From positions 15,792 to 79,791 of the forward strand of contig JBBTSO010000004.1 in the NCBI GenBank assembly GCA_038064695.1: DNA of 64,000 nucleotides, in the 5' to 3' direction. Under the pieces are notes generated by a model that saw only the letters and a list, made by a program, of their open reading frames with translations, was not told the DNA's origin and did no database searches. The position numbers and the translations under genes are program-made. Shown one piece after another: positions 50,132 to 59,045 of this stretch. Source of the stretch: Patescibacteria group bacterium (lineage in GTDB: Bacteria; Patescibacteriota; Minisyncoccia; Phycocordibacterales; Phycocordibacteraceae). Positions within the stretch are counted from its first letter, which is position 1. The number at the start of each line of letters is the position of its first letter.

Positions 50132-50788
50132 ATGGATAGCGAGCAGAAAAAAGTAGCCTTTTACAGCTTCCCTCATGAACGAGAGGATCTAACTTTGCAT
50201 GTACGCCCTACTGCAAACGCGTGGTGGAAAGATCTGAAAAAAGTTGGCCTCCTTTTGGATGCGTTTGATAACCATTGTTCTCCGATCGATGAGGCTTGCT
50301 ACGTCGCGGGTATAACGCGCCGGCAATATAAATACTTCGCCCAGGAGCATCCAGTAATTTACGAACGGCGAAGGCGAGCAAAGTTTGCAAAGTGCGAACG
50401 CGAGATTGAAGAGAAAAGTTCGATGTATGGACACAGGATGAGAAACGGGAGTATGAAAAGTACGTTTCAGTTTCTTACATTCACAGAGCCGGGACAATTC
50501 GACTTGCGATACCGATCTGACTACGCGCGACTTCGCCGAATCCACGGACTCCCTGCTCATACGCCACCCCCAAGATCGGAAGAAGAAAAGCGTAGAGATA
50601 TGTTGGCGGAGGTTGAGAAGACCCGCATTATGCTGGGCCATCCTTCTGATCCGAAGCACTATGCGGTGTGCCAGGAGTGCGAACATCTTCTTCTCCCGCC
50701 ATCCGAGTGGCCTGAGCCGTATCGCTCTTCTTATTTTCAAAGTATGCCTCAAGGGCCAGCTCAGCCAAGTCATACAACTGCTGTCTAA
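50132..50788 (+). CDS. Hypothetical protein with HTH-like segment
   Basis: IDEACYVAGITRRQYKY; TATACT 6 nt before ATG. Confidence 0.6.
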   Translation: MDSEQKKVAFYSFPHEREDLTLHVRPTANAWWKDLKKVGLLLDAFDNHCSPIDEACYVAGITRRQYKYFAQEHPVIYERRRRAKFAKCEREIEEKSSMYGHRMRNGSMKSTFQFLTFTEPGQFDLRYRSDYARLRRIHGLPAHTPPPRSEEEKRRDMLAEVEKTRIMLGHPSDPKHYAVCQECEHLLLPPSEWPEPYRSSYFQSMPQGPAQPSHTTAV

Positions 50789-50866
50789 CTTCAATAAGGT
50801 ATTCATCGGTGTAAGTCTCATCGGCTGGTAACAGCTCCCGCATCTTCGCAAGAGATATACGACCAT

Positions 50867-51073
50867 CTACTGAGTCGGGATTATTTTCTTGTTGTCGTCC
50901 GCTACTGCCCATACAAGTGCAATTACCCAGCCAATAAGTGTCCACCCCAGGAAGAGATTGAGGACGAAGATGGCCCCAGCATTAGACCGACCACGAATAA
51001 TCCCGATACCCGCCGGGAGCATGTAAATGGTGAGGCACAACAGGATGCCGATAATTAGAGTTATTGCTTTCAT
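50867..51073 (-). CDS. Superinfection immunity (T4 Imm-like) protein
   Basis: YMLP..., IFVLNLFLGWTLIGWVIALVWA. Confidence 0.9.
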   Translation of the reverse strand: MKAITLIIGILLCLTIYMLPAGIGIIRGRSNAGAIFVLNLFLGWTLIGWVIALVWAVADDNKKIIPTQ

Positions 51074-51154
51074 GTGTGTTCTATACCTTCCTTTTAAAAA
51101 TTGTCGTAATCAGGTTATCCCCTTATGGACCTTACGGGGTTAGTGTAGCATAAA

Positions 51155-51186
51155 TATCCCATTTTGGGATATCCTCTTTTAGGATA
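51155..51186. promoter_or_regulatory. Two overlapping palindromic operators upstream of the XRE gene
   Basis: TATCCC-ATTTT-GGGATA and TATCCT-CTTTT-AGGATA, 15-bp period. Confidence 0.7.
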
Positions 51187-51198
51187 CACGCTTAGTGG

Positions 51199-51417
51199 AT
51201 GGACAAATCCATCCACTCAAAGGAATACAAGATAGTTCTTGAGCGTATGAGGAAAGCGCGACTTGAAGCCGGTCTCACACAAGTGCAGGTCGCGAAGAAA
51301 CTGGGCCACCACCAGTCTTACGTATCGAAGATTGAAAGCGGAGAACGTCGTGTTGACGTTATCGAACTGAATAAGTTCGCAAAGCTTTACGGAAAGAGCG
51401 TTAACTACTTCCTCTAG
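51199..51417 (+). CDS. XRE-family HTH regulator
   Basis: ARLEAGLTQ.QVA..LG..QSYVSKIESGERR. Confidence 0.92.
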   Translation: MDKSIHSKEYKIVLERMRKARLEAGLTQVQVAKKLGHHQSYVSKIESGERRVDVIELNKFAKLYGKSVNYFL

Positions 51418-51423
51418 AGAGAC

Positions 51424-51993
51424 TTAGTAAAAAATGACTCCGCTTCTCTTGAGTTCACTGCGTATCTGTAAATAATCAGGTATCCCTTTCTCGACCCATT
51501 TCCAAAATTTCCGGGAGTGATTGAACTCTTTCAAGTGAGACATCTCGTGCGCGATGATGTAGTCAGAGAGTCGCTGCGGCAAAAGTGCAATTTTGTAGTT
51601 AAAATTTAGGTTGCCTTTCTTTGAGCAACTACCCCAGCGGGTCTTTTGGTTCTTGATGTTAATTTGATTGTAATCGGCCTTATAGATCTTGTTGAAGTGC
51701 TTAACCCGGGCAACAGCGAGAGCCTGCGCACCGTCCTTATATTTTATATAGTCGGACTCGCTATATCGTGCGATTGCCTGACCTTTGAACTGTTTAAAGA
51801 ACGCGATCTTGGAGAAAAGCCACTGGCTCTTCTCTTTAATAAATCGCTCTGCTGTTGATTCCTGAAGATCAAACGGCGTTGTAACAACAATCGTCCCATC
51901 GCAATACACTGCGAGTCGCATTCTACGTGCTCGCTTACTCTTGCGGAGTGTGTAGTCAACTTTACGATTTGCGAGAGTGATTTGCTTCCTCAT
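51424..51993 (-). CDS. M48/YgjP (DUF45) metallopeptidase-like protein
   Basis: KTRWGSCS, YIIAHEMSH, NHS..FW; directly after hsdR. Confidence 0.9.
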   Translation of the reverse strand: MRKQITLANRKVDYTLRKSKRARRMRLAVYCDGTIVVTTPFDLQESTAERFIKEKSQWLFSKIAFFKQFKGQAIARYSESDYIKYKDGAQALAVARVKHFNKIYKADYNQINIKNQKTRWGSCSKKGNLNFNYKIALLPQRLSDYIIAHEMSHLKEFNHSRKFWKWVEKGIPDYLQIRSELKRSGVIFY

Positions 51994-51994
51994 A

Positions 51995-54901
51995 TCAGAA
52001 TTTCTTAATCACTATGTCGACTAAGCGATTGAGATACTTGTGGAAATCCGCGACCTTTAACTTTCCTTTGTATTCTTTAAGCACAAGCTCCTGAACAATC
52101 CGCTTCACTTCTTTGAGGAATTCGTCACGCTTTGAGGATTCCTGCCATCCCTCATCGAGAACATCTTGAAGCCGGCTGGTCATATCTTTGATGAAATCAC
52201 GAATGACATCCTTATCTCCTTCAACGAATTCTTCTGAGATGACATAGAGGCCGTACTCTTTCAGTGAATAACCAAGCTCTTTTGCCTCGTCTCCCTTTTT
52301 CTTTATGTCTTCAAGAAGCTCCTGGTATCGCTTGATGCGCTCCGATAGATCGATCTGATTTTGTTCAAACTCCTTACGAATAGCGGAGAGCCGCTCACTG
52401 AACTTTTTGTACGCAGGGTTAGTGTCGACGTTTATGGAGATTTCTTGCTTAAGCATCTTCTCCAGGTTAAGCGCCTTCTCTTCATCATCCATCTTATTGA
52501 GCCGCTCCATGACATAAAGGTCATTCACATTGAGCTCCCTAAAGTTCTTAGTGATACCTTCGTAGTCCACGCGCTGCTGAATGAGAAGCTTTACCTTCTC
52601 ACCATACTCAGCAAGAAGCTCAGCGTCGGTCATCTTAGCTCCGTATTCCTTGTCGAATGCAATATAAACGCTCGTAAGCCATTCAAATGCCCGAATATGT
52701 GTCTTCAAAAATGGGTCAGGAGAGAGAATCTCAAACAAGAGCTTGAGACGGGCATACTTCTCACGAAAGAACTTCTGCTTATCGGTGTTCTCCGCAAAGA
52801 TCTTAAGACAGCGGCGCAGGTTTTCAATTGATGGATCCTCAATACTGACTCCTCCAAACACATCCATAGTCTCTTCAAGCACTTCGATAAACTCTTCCTT
52901 GAGCTTGTCGATGTTGATCATTGCAGAATCAACAACGCTCTCATCAAAGTTAAGCGCCTTGTGGAGACTCTTCGTGATGCCGTAGTAGTCGATAACCTTG
53001 CCGGCCCCCTTGTTTGGGTACACACGGTTCGTGCGTGCAATGGCCTGTAGCAAATTGTGATCCCAGAGCGGCTTATCAAGGTACATGACCTGTTCAACTG
53101 GGGCGTCAAAGCCGGTCAAAAGCATGTCACAAACCAGTAGGAACTTGAGAGGACTGTTTGGATCCTTAAACTCATTGATCAACTTCTCCCGCTTCGCTTT
53201 AGTAGTGTTGTACTTCTGGAGATCCTCAGCGCTTGTATTTGGGTCGCCTGGGGAATAAATGACGGCCGACCACTCCTTGGGCACAAGTTCGTCTAGCAAT
53301 TCTTTGTATCTCGCTGTCGCCTCACGGTCATAGCAGACAATCTGTGCTTTGAAACCAGCGGGTTCAACGTACAGTTTGTAGTGCTCGACAATATCTTGTG
53401 CAACAGCACGCATACGTCTATCGAGCTTTACGATCGCTTCTTTCTTCCCATATTTCTTTGCAACCTGGTCTTTCTCTTTGTCCGAAAGTCCCTGGGTTAG
53501 TTCTTCAAATTGCTTATCTATTTTCTCTTCATCAATAAAGAACTTTGAGAGTCGTGCTTCGTAAGTAACCGGGAGCGTGGCCCCATCCTCAACGGCTTGC
53601 TGAATCGAGTAATAGTCTAAGTAGCGCTCTCCCTCCTCCCCGAAGTTGCGATGGGTATTAAGTGTAGCTTTATCGATAGGCGTACCGGTAAAACCAAAGA
53701 AGAAAGCGTTCTTCAGAGAACTGCGGAGATTGATTGCAGAAACACCTTCGTTGTCTCTATGAGCCTCGTCTGAAAGAACGATAATGTTCTCGTCGAGATT
53801 CTCTATTTCATTTCCAAGCTCAGAGAATTTCTGAATAGTGGATATAAAGATGCCACGCTCAGGTGATTGTATTTTCTTCTCGAGCTCTTTGCGCGAATCA
53901 ACACGGACGACATTCTTACCTCCGCAGTTTACAAAAGTCTCATAGATCTGATCATCAAGGTCAATGCGGTCAACCAGAATAAATATCTTCGGATTCTTAA
54001 GTGCTTTATCAAAACGTAGCTTCCACGCAGTAAAGAACATCGTTAAGGACTTACCGGACCCCTGGGTGTGCCAAATAAGACCGCGCTTCTGGCTGCCTTC
54101 TGCCACTCGCTCGACAATCTTGTTTGTCGCTCGAAGTTGCTGATACCGTGCAATTTTCTTTACAGTGCGTTCCTTCTCCTTTTCGAAAAGAATAAAGTTC
54201 CTCACAATATCCAGTAAGCGTTCTTTTGAGAGTAGCGCCGTGAGAGTCATTTCCAATTCGCCACCGGCCAGCTTTTCAAGCTCCTCGTCACGCCATCGCA
54301 AGAAATACTGTGCAGGGGCATACGTAGCCCCGTACACAGTCTGTAGACCGTCAGTAGCGATATTGAAACAGTTCGGCCAGAACAGTTTGAATGCATTGCG
54401 CTCATAGCGCTTTATCTGCCCAACAGCGTTTGTATAGTTCACATTGCTTGCGGCAGTGGGACTCTTAGCCTCTACATCCACCACCGGGAGACCATTTAGG
54501 AAAACCATTACATCCGGGCGAATGTTCTCGGAATTTCCCTCAAAATAGAATTGATTGGTTACAACAAACCGATTATTGTCAGGTGTTTCAAAGTCGACGA
54601 CATAGTAGTCCCGCATTTTGCCGGTCTGAGGATCCTTCAAGTTGACGCCATCTCGAAGCATTTGAAGAAATGCTTCGTTGTTATCTATCTTCTTCACTTC
54701 GCGAACGACTGATACAGCTTCGTCTTCACCTATTCCGTTAATTTTCTTCACTGCTTCAAGAAGAAGCGGAGTGATTATGTATTCATTCTCAAACTCGCGG
54801 AGCTTGGTGAACTCCTGTGGCTTGATGTATTCGAAACTAAGCTTCTCTTGGAGAAACTTAATGACGTGATTTTCTACTGTATATTGTTCGTTGAATTTCA
54901 T
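51995..54901 (-). CDS. hsdR: Type I restriction endonuclease subunit R
   Basis: RPD..NGLP..EAK, HTQGSGKS, DEAHR, FTGTP, LLTGFD, QAIARTNR. Confidence 0.96.
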   Translation of the reverse strand: MKFNEQYTVENHVIKFLQEKLSFEYIKPQEFTKLREFENEYIITPLLLEAVKKINGIGEDEAVSVVREVKKIDNNEAFLQMLRDGVNLKDPQTGKMRDYYVVDFETPDNNRFVVTNQFYFEGNSENIRPDVMVFLNGLPVVDVEAKSPTAASNVNYTNAVGQIKRYERNAFKLFWPNCFNIATDGLQTVYGATYAPAQYFLRWRDEELEKLAGGELEMTLTALLSKERLLDIVRNFILFEKEKERTVKKIARYQQLRATNKIVERVAEGSQKRGLIWHTQGSGKSLTMFFTAWKLRFDKALKNPKIFILVDRIDLDDQIYETFVNCGGKNVVRVDSRKELEKKIQSPERGIFISTIQKFSELGNEIENLDENIIVLSDEAHRDNEGVSAINLRSSLKNAFFFGFTGTPIDKATLNTHRNFGEEGERYLDYYSIQQAVEDGATLPVTYEARLSKFFIDEEKIDKQFEELTQGLSDKEKDQVAKKYGKKEAIVKLDRRMRAVAQDIVEHYKLYVEPAGFKAQIVCYDREATARYKELLDELVPKEWSAVIYSPGDPNTSAEDLQKYNTTKAKREKLINEFKDPNSPLKFLLVCDMLLTGFDAPVEQVMYLDKPLWDHNLLQAIARTNRVYPNKGAGKVIDYYGITKSLHKALNFDESVVDSAMINIDKLKEEFIEVLEETMDVFGGVSIEDPSIENLRRCLKIFAENTDKQKFFREKYARLKLLFEILSPDPFLKTHIRAFEWLTSVYIAFDKEYGAKMTDAELLAEYGEKVKLLIQQRVDYEGITKNFRELNVNDLYVMERLNKMDDEEKALNLEKMLKQEISINVDTNPAYKKFSERLSAIRKEFEQNQIDLSERIKRYQELLEDIKKKGDEAKELGYSLKEYGLYVISEEFVEGDKDVIRDFIKDMTSRLQDVLDEGWQESSKRDEFLKEVKRIVQELVLKEYKGKLKVADFHKYLNRLVDIVIKKF

Positions 54902-56061
54902 GATTCTAGATCTATTTGCAGATTCGTAAGTGCCGCTTGGTACTCCTGTGCCCTTGTAATTATTGCCGTCGCAGTAGATTCCGCTTCATCGTTTCCAACA
55001 CCTACGCGAATCAGTTCATTGCTTAGGTCTACCTGATTGACATTTGCGAAGCCAAGCACCGCTCTAACAGAAAGATTTTCTTTGATAGAATCTTGCTCTG
55101 AGGCAATTAAGAGTTTAGAGGCTTGCGATACTCCGTGAAGCAAGAAAGAAACATCTTGTTTACTGATGACTTTTTTAATTCGGACCTTTAACTCCTCCTC
55201 ATTTACCTCTTCAGAAACGTTGGTACCACTGAATATCTGACGATTAATATCTTCGTTGCTAGCCACCTCTCCCAGGCCGAGACGATCGCCACTTACAAAA
55301 CCGATGTTTGTGACATTCATATTTGTCTGGGTCAGAAGAAAGTTAATCATGAGGTACCCCTGGTCTCGGTAATTAATATCTTTCAGCCGCTCATACTGTG
55401 CTTTATCGGCCTGTTCTAGCTTAGTTAAAAATTCTGCCCATTCTTTGTCGCGAATTTTGTCGAGATGGTACATCAAGAATTTCTTAAACTCTTTTATATC
55501 CTTCAGCTTTTCCTCTTTAAGGTTGTTTTTGTTTATCAGGAAGCACGCTGAACGTTTGCCAAGCCGGGCAAAGCCGAGATCTTTCAGAAAGACCGGGTAC
55601 AGTCTGTTTGGTTGTGTTTCAAAATCTGGTATTGCAAGAGAGCGAACCAATCTACCTAGAGACGCACTATATACAAAGAGTGTGTAGTAGCCGGATGTAG
55701 TTGCTAAAGCAAAGAGGTCTTTTTCGCGCACTTCACTCTCTGCAAGGAGTTTGTTCAGAAGACCAAGCGCCTTCTGTCGTTCAGCGCGATCCGCGAAATA
55801 TTCTTTTTGCTCTTTCGCAAGTTTATCAAGATCTTCCTTCGTTTGCGTCGCCGTTTCAGCAACTGAATCAATTTTTGCGTCTGATAGATCCTGGTTTTTA
55901 TCCTCCTGGTACTTCTGATAAAAGCCATGCGATATGTCAACGACAAAGTAAAGAAGAAAAAGTACCGGGCTTTTCAATATCACTACAGCAAAAGCCCCGA
56001 GAGCTTTGAGGCCCAGGAGTTTATATTCAAGCAGCCGTTCTATTTCTTTCTTGGTAATCAT
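54898..56061 (-). CDS. Hypothetical protein (N-terminal TM plus coiled coil) inside the hsd operon
   Basis: 387 aa, ATGA-coupled to hsdS and hsdR. Confidence 0.75.
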   Translation of the reverse strand: MITKKEIERLLEYKLLGLKALGAFAVVILKSPVLFLLYFVVDISHGFYQKYQEDKNQDLSDAKIDSVAETATQTKEDLDKLAKEQKEYFADRAERQKALGLLNKLLAESEVREKDLFALATTSGYYTLFVYSASLGRLVRSLAIPDFETQPNRLYPVFLKDLGFARLGKRSACFLINKNNLKEEKLKDIKEFKKFLMYHLDKIRDKEWAEFLTKLEQADKAQYERLKDINYRDQGYLMINFLLTQTNMNVTNIGFVSGDRLGLGEVASNEDINRQIFSGTNVSEEVNEEELKVRIKKVISKQDVSFLLHGVSQASKLLIASEQDSIKENLSVRAVLGFANVNQVDLSNELIRVGVGNDEAESTATAIITRAQEYQAALTNLQIDLES

Positions 56062-57239
56062 GGTGTTTTTACTCTCACCGATCCTGTCAGCAGGTCTTGC
56101 ATGAGACCCTTCTTAAGTAGAAAAAGCTTGCCCTTCAATTTTTGATTGATGGAGATTTTTTCATCGACCGAAGTGAGAATGTTGGCAATTTCTTTTTGTT
56201 CACTGACAGAAGGGCGAGATATGTACATCTCACGAATAACAGTTTGGGATATGTTTGGTTGTGCAGCGCCCCGGGCTTTAGAAATTAGTTCTTCAGTCTT
56301 ATTGGAAAGAAAATAATACACAAACTCTGGATTGAAGTGTTCGCTAGGCAAAACTCCACAAACCGCCTGGTTGGTTGAAGCATTAATCGATAAAAATCCA
56401 ACTTGCCCCGCCGTTGCCCCATACATTGCAACAAGAACAGTACTTTTGGGGAATATTTTTGCAGATGAGTTTTTAAGGCCAGCATTTGTAATATATTGAG
56501 TGGCATTATAAACACGTCCTTGTCGTACCTCACCGCTCGTTAACCAAGGGATAGTGCCGCCCTCGTAGTATTCTTTTTTACTCTTGAGTGGAGTGCCACC
56601 GGAAGAGGTGTCGAGGACATCACCAAGCTTTTTGACGTCCCACGTACTTGGTACTTCTCCGATTTCTGTTCTCTTAAATTTCGTATGTCCGATACCACGC
56701 GTAAATAGCTGCTGCATTAGCCCGCCCTTGAGTTTCTCGGTCGCAGTAATGATCTCATCAGTTTTCTGAATCTCTTCATCAACCACACTCAAGATCTCCG
56801 CGATTTTCTTTTGTTCAGAGTGTGGAGGAACAAGAACCTCCATGTTTTGATATTGAGAAATGTAATATCGTTTATGACTTCCCGTCGGAAAGTTGATTGA
56901 CTTCATTTTCTCGTAGACAAACTGAAGGTCGACATCGGCACCCCTTTCCTTGAGAATTTTTATTGCCGACGACTTAACCTTAAACGGAAAATCTGCGAAC
57001 TTGCTGTCGGTTGTAAAATCATCAAAAATTATTGCCGGCAAATTTGTATAAATACCGTCTTTCTCATCCGTATAACCGAGAACAAAAGACTTGTTTGCAG
57101 TAAGAACTGGCGTGCCGGCTTTTATATATCGATTGTTCTCGACTATGTATCTGTCGGGACGTTCATAACCCAGCAGATCCTTAATCTGTCTTACTTGCCA
57201 CCCTTTCGGAATATTCTTTTTTGGCGCAGTTTTTGTCAT
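56058..57239 (-). CDS. hsdS: Type I R-M specificity subunit
   Basis: Two TRDs, each followed by P..EQK.IA.IL..VD..I and KxGLMQxL. Confidence 0.95.
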   Translation of the reverse strand: MTKTAPKKNIPKGWQVRQIKDLLGYERPDRYIVENNRYIKAGTPVLTANKSFVLGYTDEKDGIYTNLPAIIFDDFTTDSKFADFPFKVKSSAIKILKERGADVDLQFVYEKMKSINFPTGSHKRYYISQYQNMEVLVPPHSEQKKIAEILSVVDEEIQKTDEIITATEKLKGGLMQQLFTRGIGHTKFKRTEIGEVPSTWDVKKLGDVLDTSSGGTPLKSKKEYYEGGTIPWLTSGEVRQGRVYNATQYITNAGLKNSSAKIFPKSTVLVAMYGATAGQVGFLSINASTNQAVCGVLPSEHFNPEFVYYFLSNKTEELISKARGAAQPNISQTVIREMYISRPSVSEQKEIANILTSVDEKISINQKLKGKLFLLKKGLMQDLLTGSVRVKTP

Positions 57240-59041
57240 TTTCTAAATTCGATCTCAGTAAAAAGCGCAGCGATATTTTTCTTGGTCGTATCGCTCAAAG
57301 TCACTGACCCAGCACGCACCTTCTGGAGAAACTTGCGCGCGAGCAATACCTTGTCGGGACGCGACTTGAGACCTTTGATGTACTCGGAGTTTGAGGATGT
57401 GTATGCGAGCTTTGTATCCTCAAGAACATATTCCTTGAAATCTTCAACACTGAAGATGTCAACAATAGTTGTTCCGTCCTTTTTGGTGACCACTTTTATA
57501 GCTTCTGGAAGCACTTTCCAATCCTTCAACCTCTTCTCGCCATCCTTCTTACCTTGGTCGTTGTCATAGAGGTAACGAACGTTGGCACCCCAGCCCTCAA
57601 GAACCGCACCGACGAGGCCCATGTTCGGTGCACCGCCGCCATTGATGAAGTTCGTTTTGAGAGTCTTTTTCTCAAGCTCCTTGAAAGCTCGGAGATAGAA
57701 CACGTCTTCCGGCCCTTCGACTACAACGTTATCCTTTTGATCAAGGTTTGTAATTGAGTCGTTAATGCCGAGACCAATAGCGGTGAGAATAGGCGTAAGT
57801 GTTTCTTTGTCTGCAGTCGGATGAGCGTGTATTTTGCCGAGTATCTTTGTGCCTTTCGCTGTCTTTTCGATCAATCGAACATTTTCAAGGTTATCCTCGG
57901 TAAGGAGATACGGGGAGTGCGTCGAGAAGACAACAGGGTTATCGTTCGTGTGCTCCGTGAGGACCTGTAACAGGTCCTTCTGGGCTTTGGCATGCAGATA
58001 GAGGCCCGGCTCGTCGATTAGGATGACGTTCGGCTTGTCTTCCTGAAGCCGCGCGACGATTTTTACATAGAATGATAGGTACCACTGCTGACCCTTGCTC
58101 CGTTGCGAGGGGTAGTAGAGCTTATTACTCTCGACGATCCAGAAGTTAATGTCCGTACCGTCTTTTTTGACCTCCAATTTTATTTTGTCCTGCGTCCAAT
58201 ATTTCTCAAATTTGTCAGAAAATTCAACGTTCACGGTCTTCTCGTGATTTGCCTGCTCCTGCTGGTTCGTTGATGCCATCTTTGCGATGGAAAAGTTGCT
58301 GACCTGTTCAAGATCTTTCGCCCAGTCATTTGTTGCAAGTGAAGCAATGGGAATTGATTTCGGGAATTCGTCGTCGAAGGACGAGAAGAGAACGAAGTAA
58401 GGAAGTTGAGTCTCAACGAATTTGCTGATGAAAGCAGTTACCACACTCTCTCGCGCATAAAAGTCGTCAGCGGCCTTGCCAATCTTCTCGACCTCACTTG
58501 CCACATCTGTTAACCCCGGATTCTGGTTCTTAAAAGTCTCCGCTTCGGCTTTATAGTCGCTGAGTTTTTGCTTCTCGAAGCGTGGGAATTTTGCGTCACT
58601 GCCAGCAGTCTTAATGAGAGAGTCGGCCTTCTTCATCGAATCGAGAATCTGTTTTTTTGATGTGCTGTATATATTTGGCAGACTAAGCAGTTTTCGTGAT
58701 TCATCATCAAACGTGTATGTATCCGCACCAAATTTCTTCGTGAGGGTAATGAGTGTATCCTTGGAGACTGTTGTTCCGGCCGCTGCCTCGTCAAGGAGAT
58801 CATTTATTTCCTCTTTCGTGAGAGTAAAGGAGATCGAGACTTCAGGAATCCCGTCTCCTTCGATTGGTTTTGCCTCTCCTCTGATTGCTCGGCTTTGATG
58901 GAAGTCTTCCAGTGCTTCGAGCACAGAAGTTTTCCCAGACTCGTTTTTGCCAGCAAGAATGGTTAGTTTTTCACTGAAATAACAATCACCGGAGTCCACG
59001 ATGGATTTGTAGTTTTTGATTCTGAATTTCGTAAGTTTCAT
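57236..59041 (-). CDS. ABC-ATPase/TOPRIM (OLD-like) ATP-dependent nuclease
   Basis: GKNESGKT, SKGQQW, ILIDEP, STHSPY, then VVEGPED and DND. Confidence 0.8.
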   Translation of the reverse strand: MKLTKFRIKNYKSIVDSGDCYFSEKLTILAGKNESGKTSVLEALEDFHQSRAIRGEAKPIEGDGIPEVSISFTLTKEEINDLLDEAAAGTTVSKDTLITLTKKFGADTYTFDDESRKLLSLPNIYSTSKKQILDSMKKADSLIKTAGSDAKFPRFEKQKLSDYKAEAETFKNQNPGLTDVASEVEKIGKAADDFYARESVVTAFISKFVETQLPYFVLFSSFDDEFPKSIPIASLATNDWAKDLEQVSNFSIAKMASTNQQEQANHEKTVNVEFSDKFEKYWTQDKIKLEVKKDGTDINFWIVESNKLYYPSQRSKGQQWYLSFYVKIVARLQEDKPNVILIDEPGLYLHAKAQKDLLQVLTEHTNDNPVVFSTHSPYLLTEDNLENVRLIEKTAKGTKILGKIHAHPTADKETLTPILTAIGLGINDSITNLDQKDNVVVEGPEDVFYLRAFKELEKKTLKTNFINGGGAPNMGLVGAVLEGWGANVRYLYDNDQGKKDGEKRLKDWKVLPEAIKVVTKKDGTTIVDIFSVEDFKEYVLEDTKLAYTSSNSEYIKGLKSRPDKVLLARKFLQKVRAGSVTLSDTTKKNIAALFTEIEFRK

Positions 59042-59045
59042 AATT

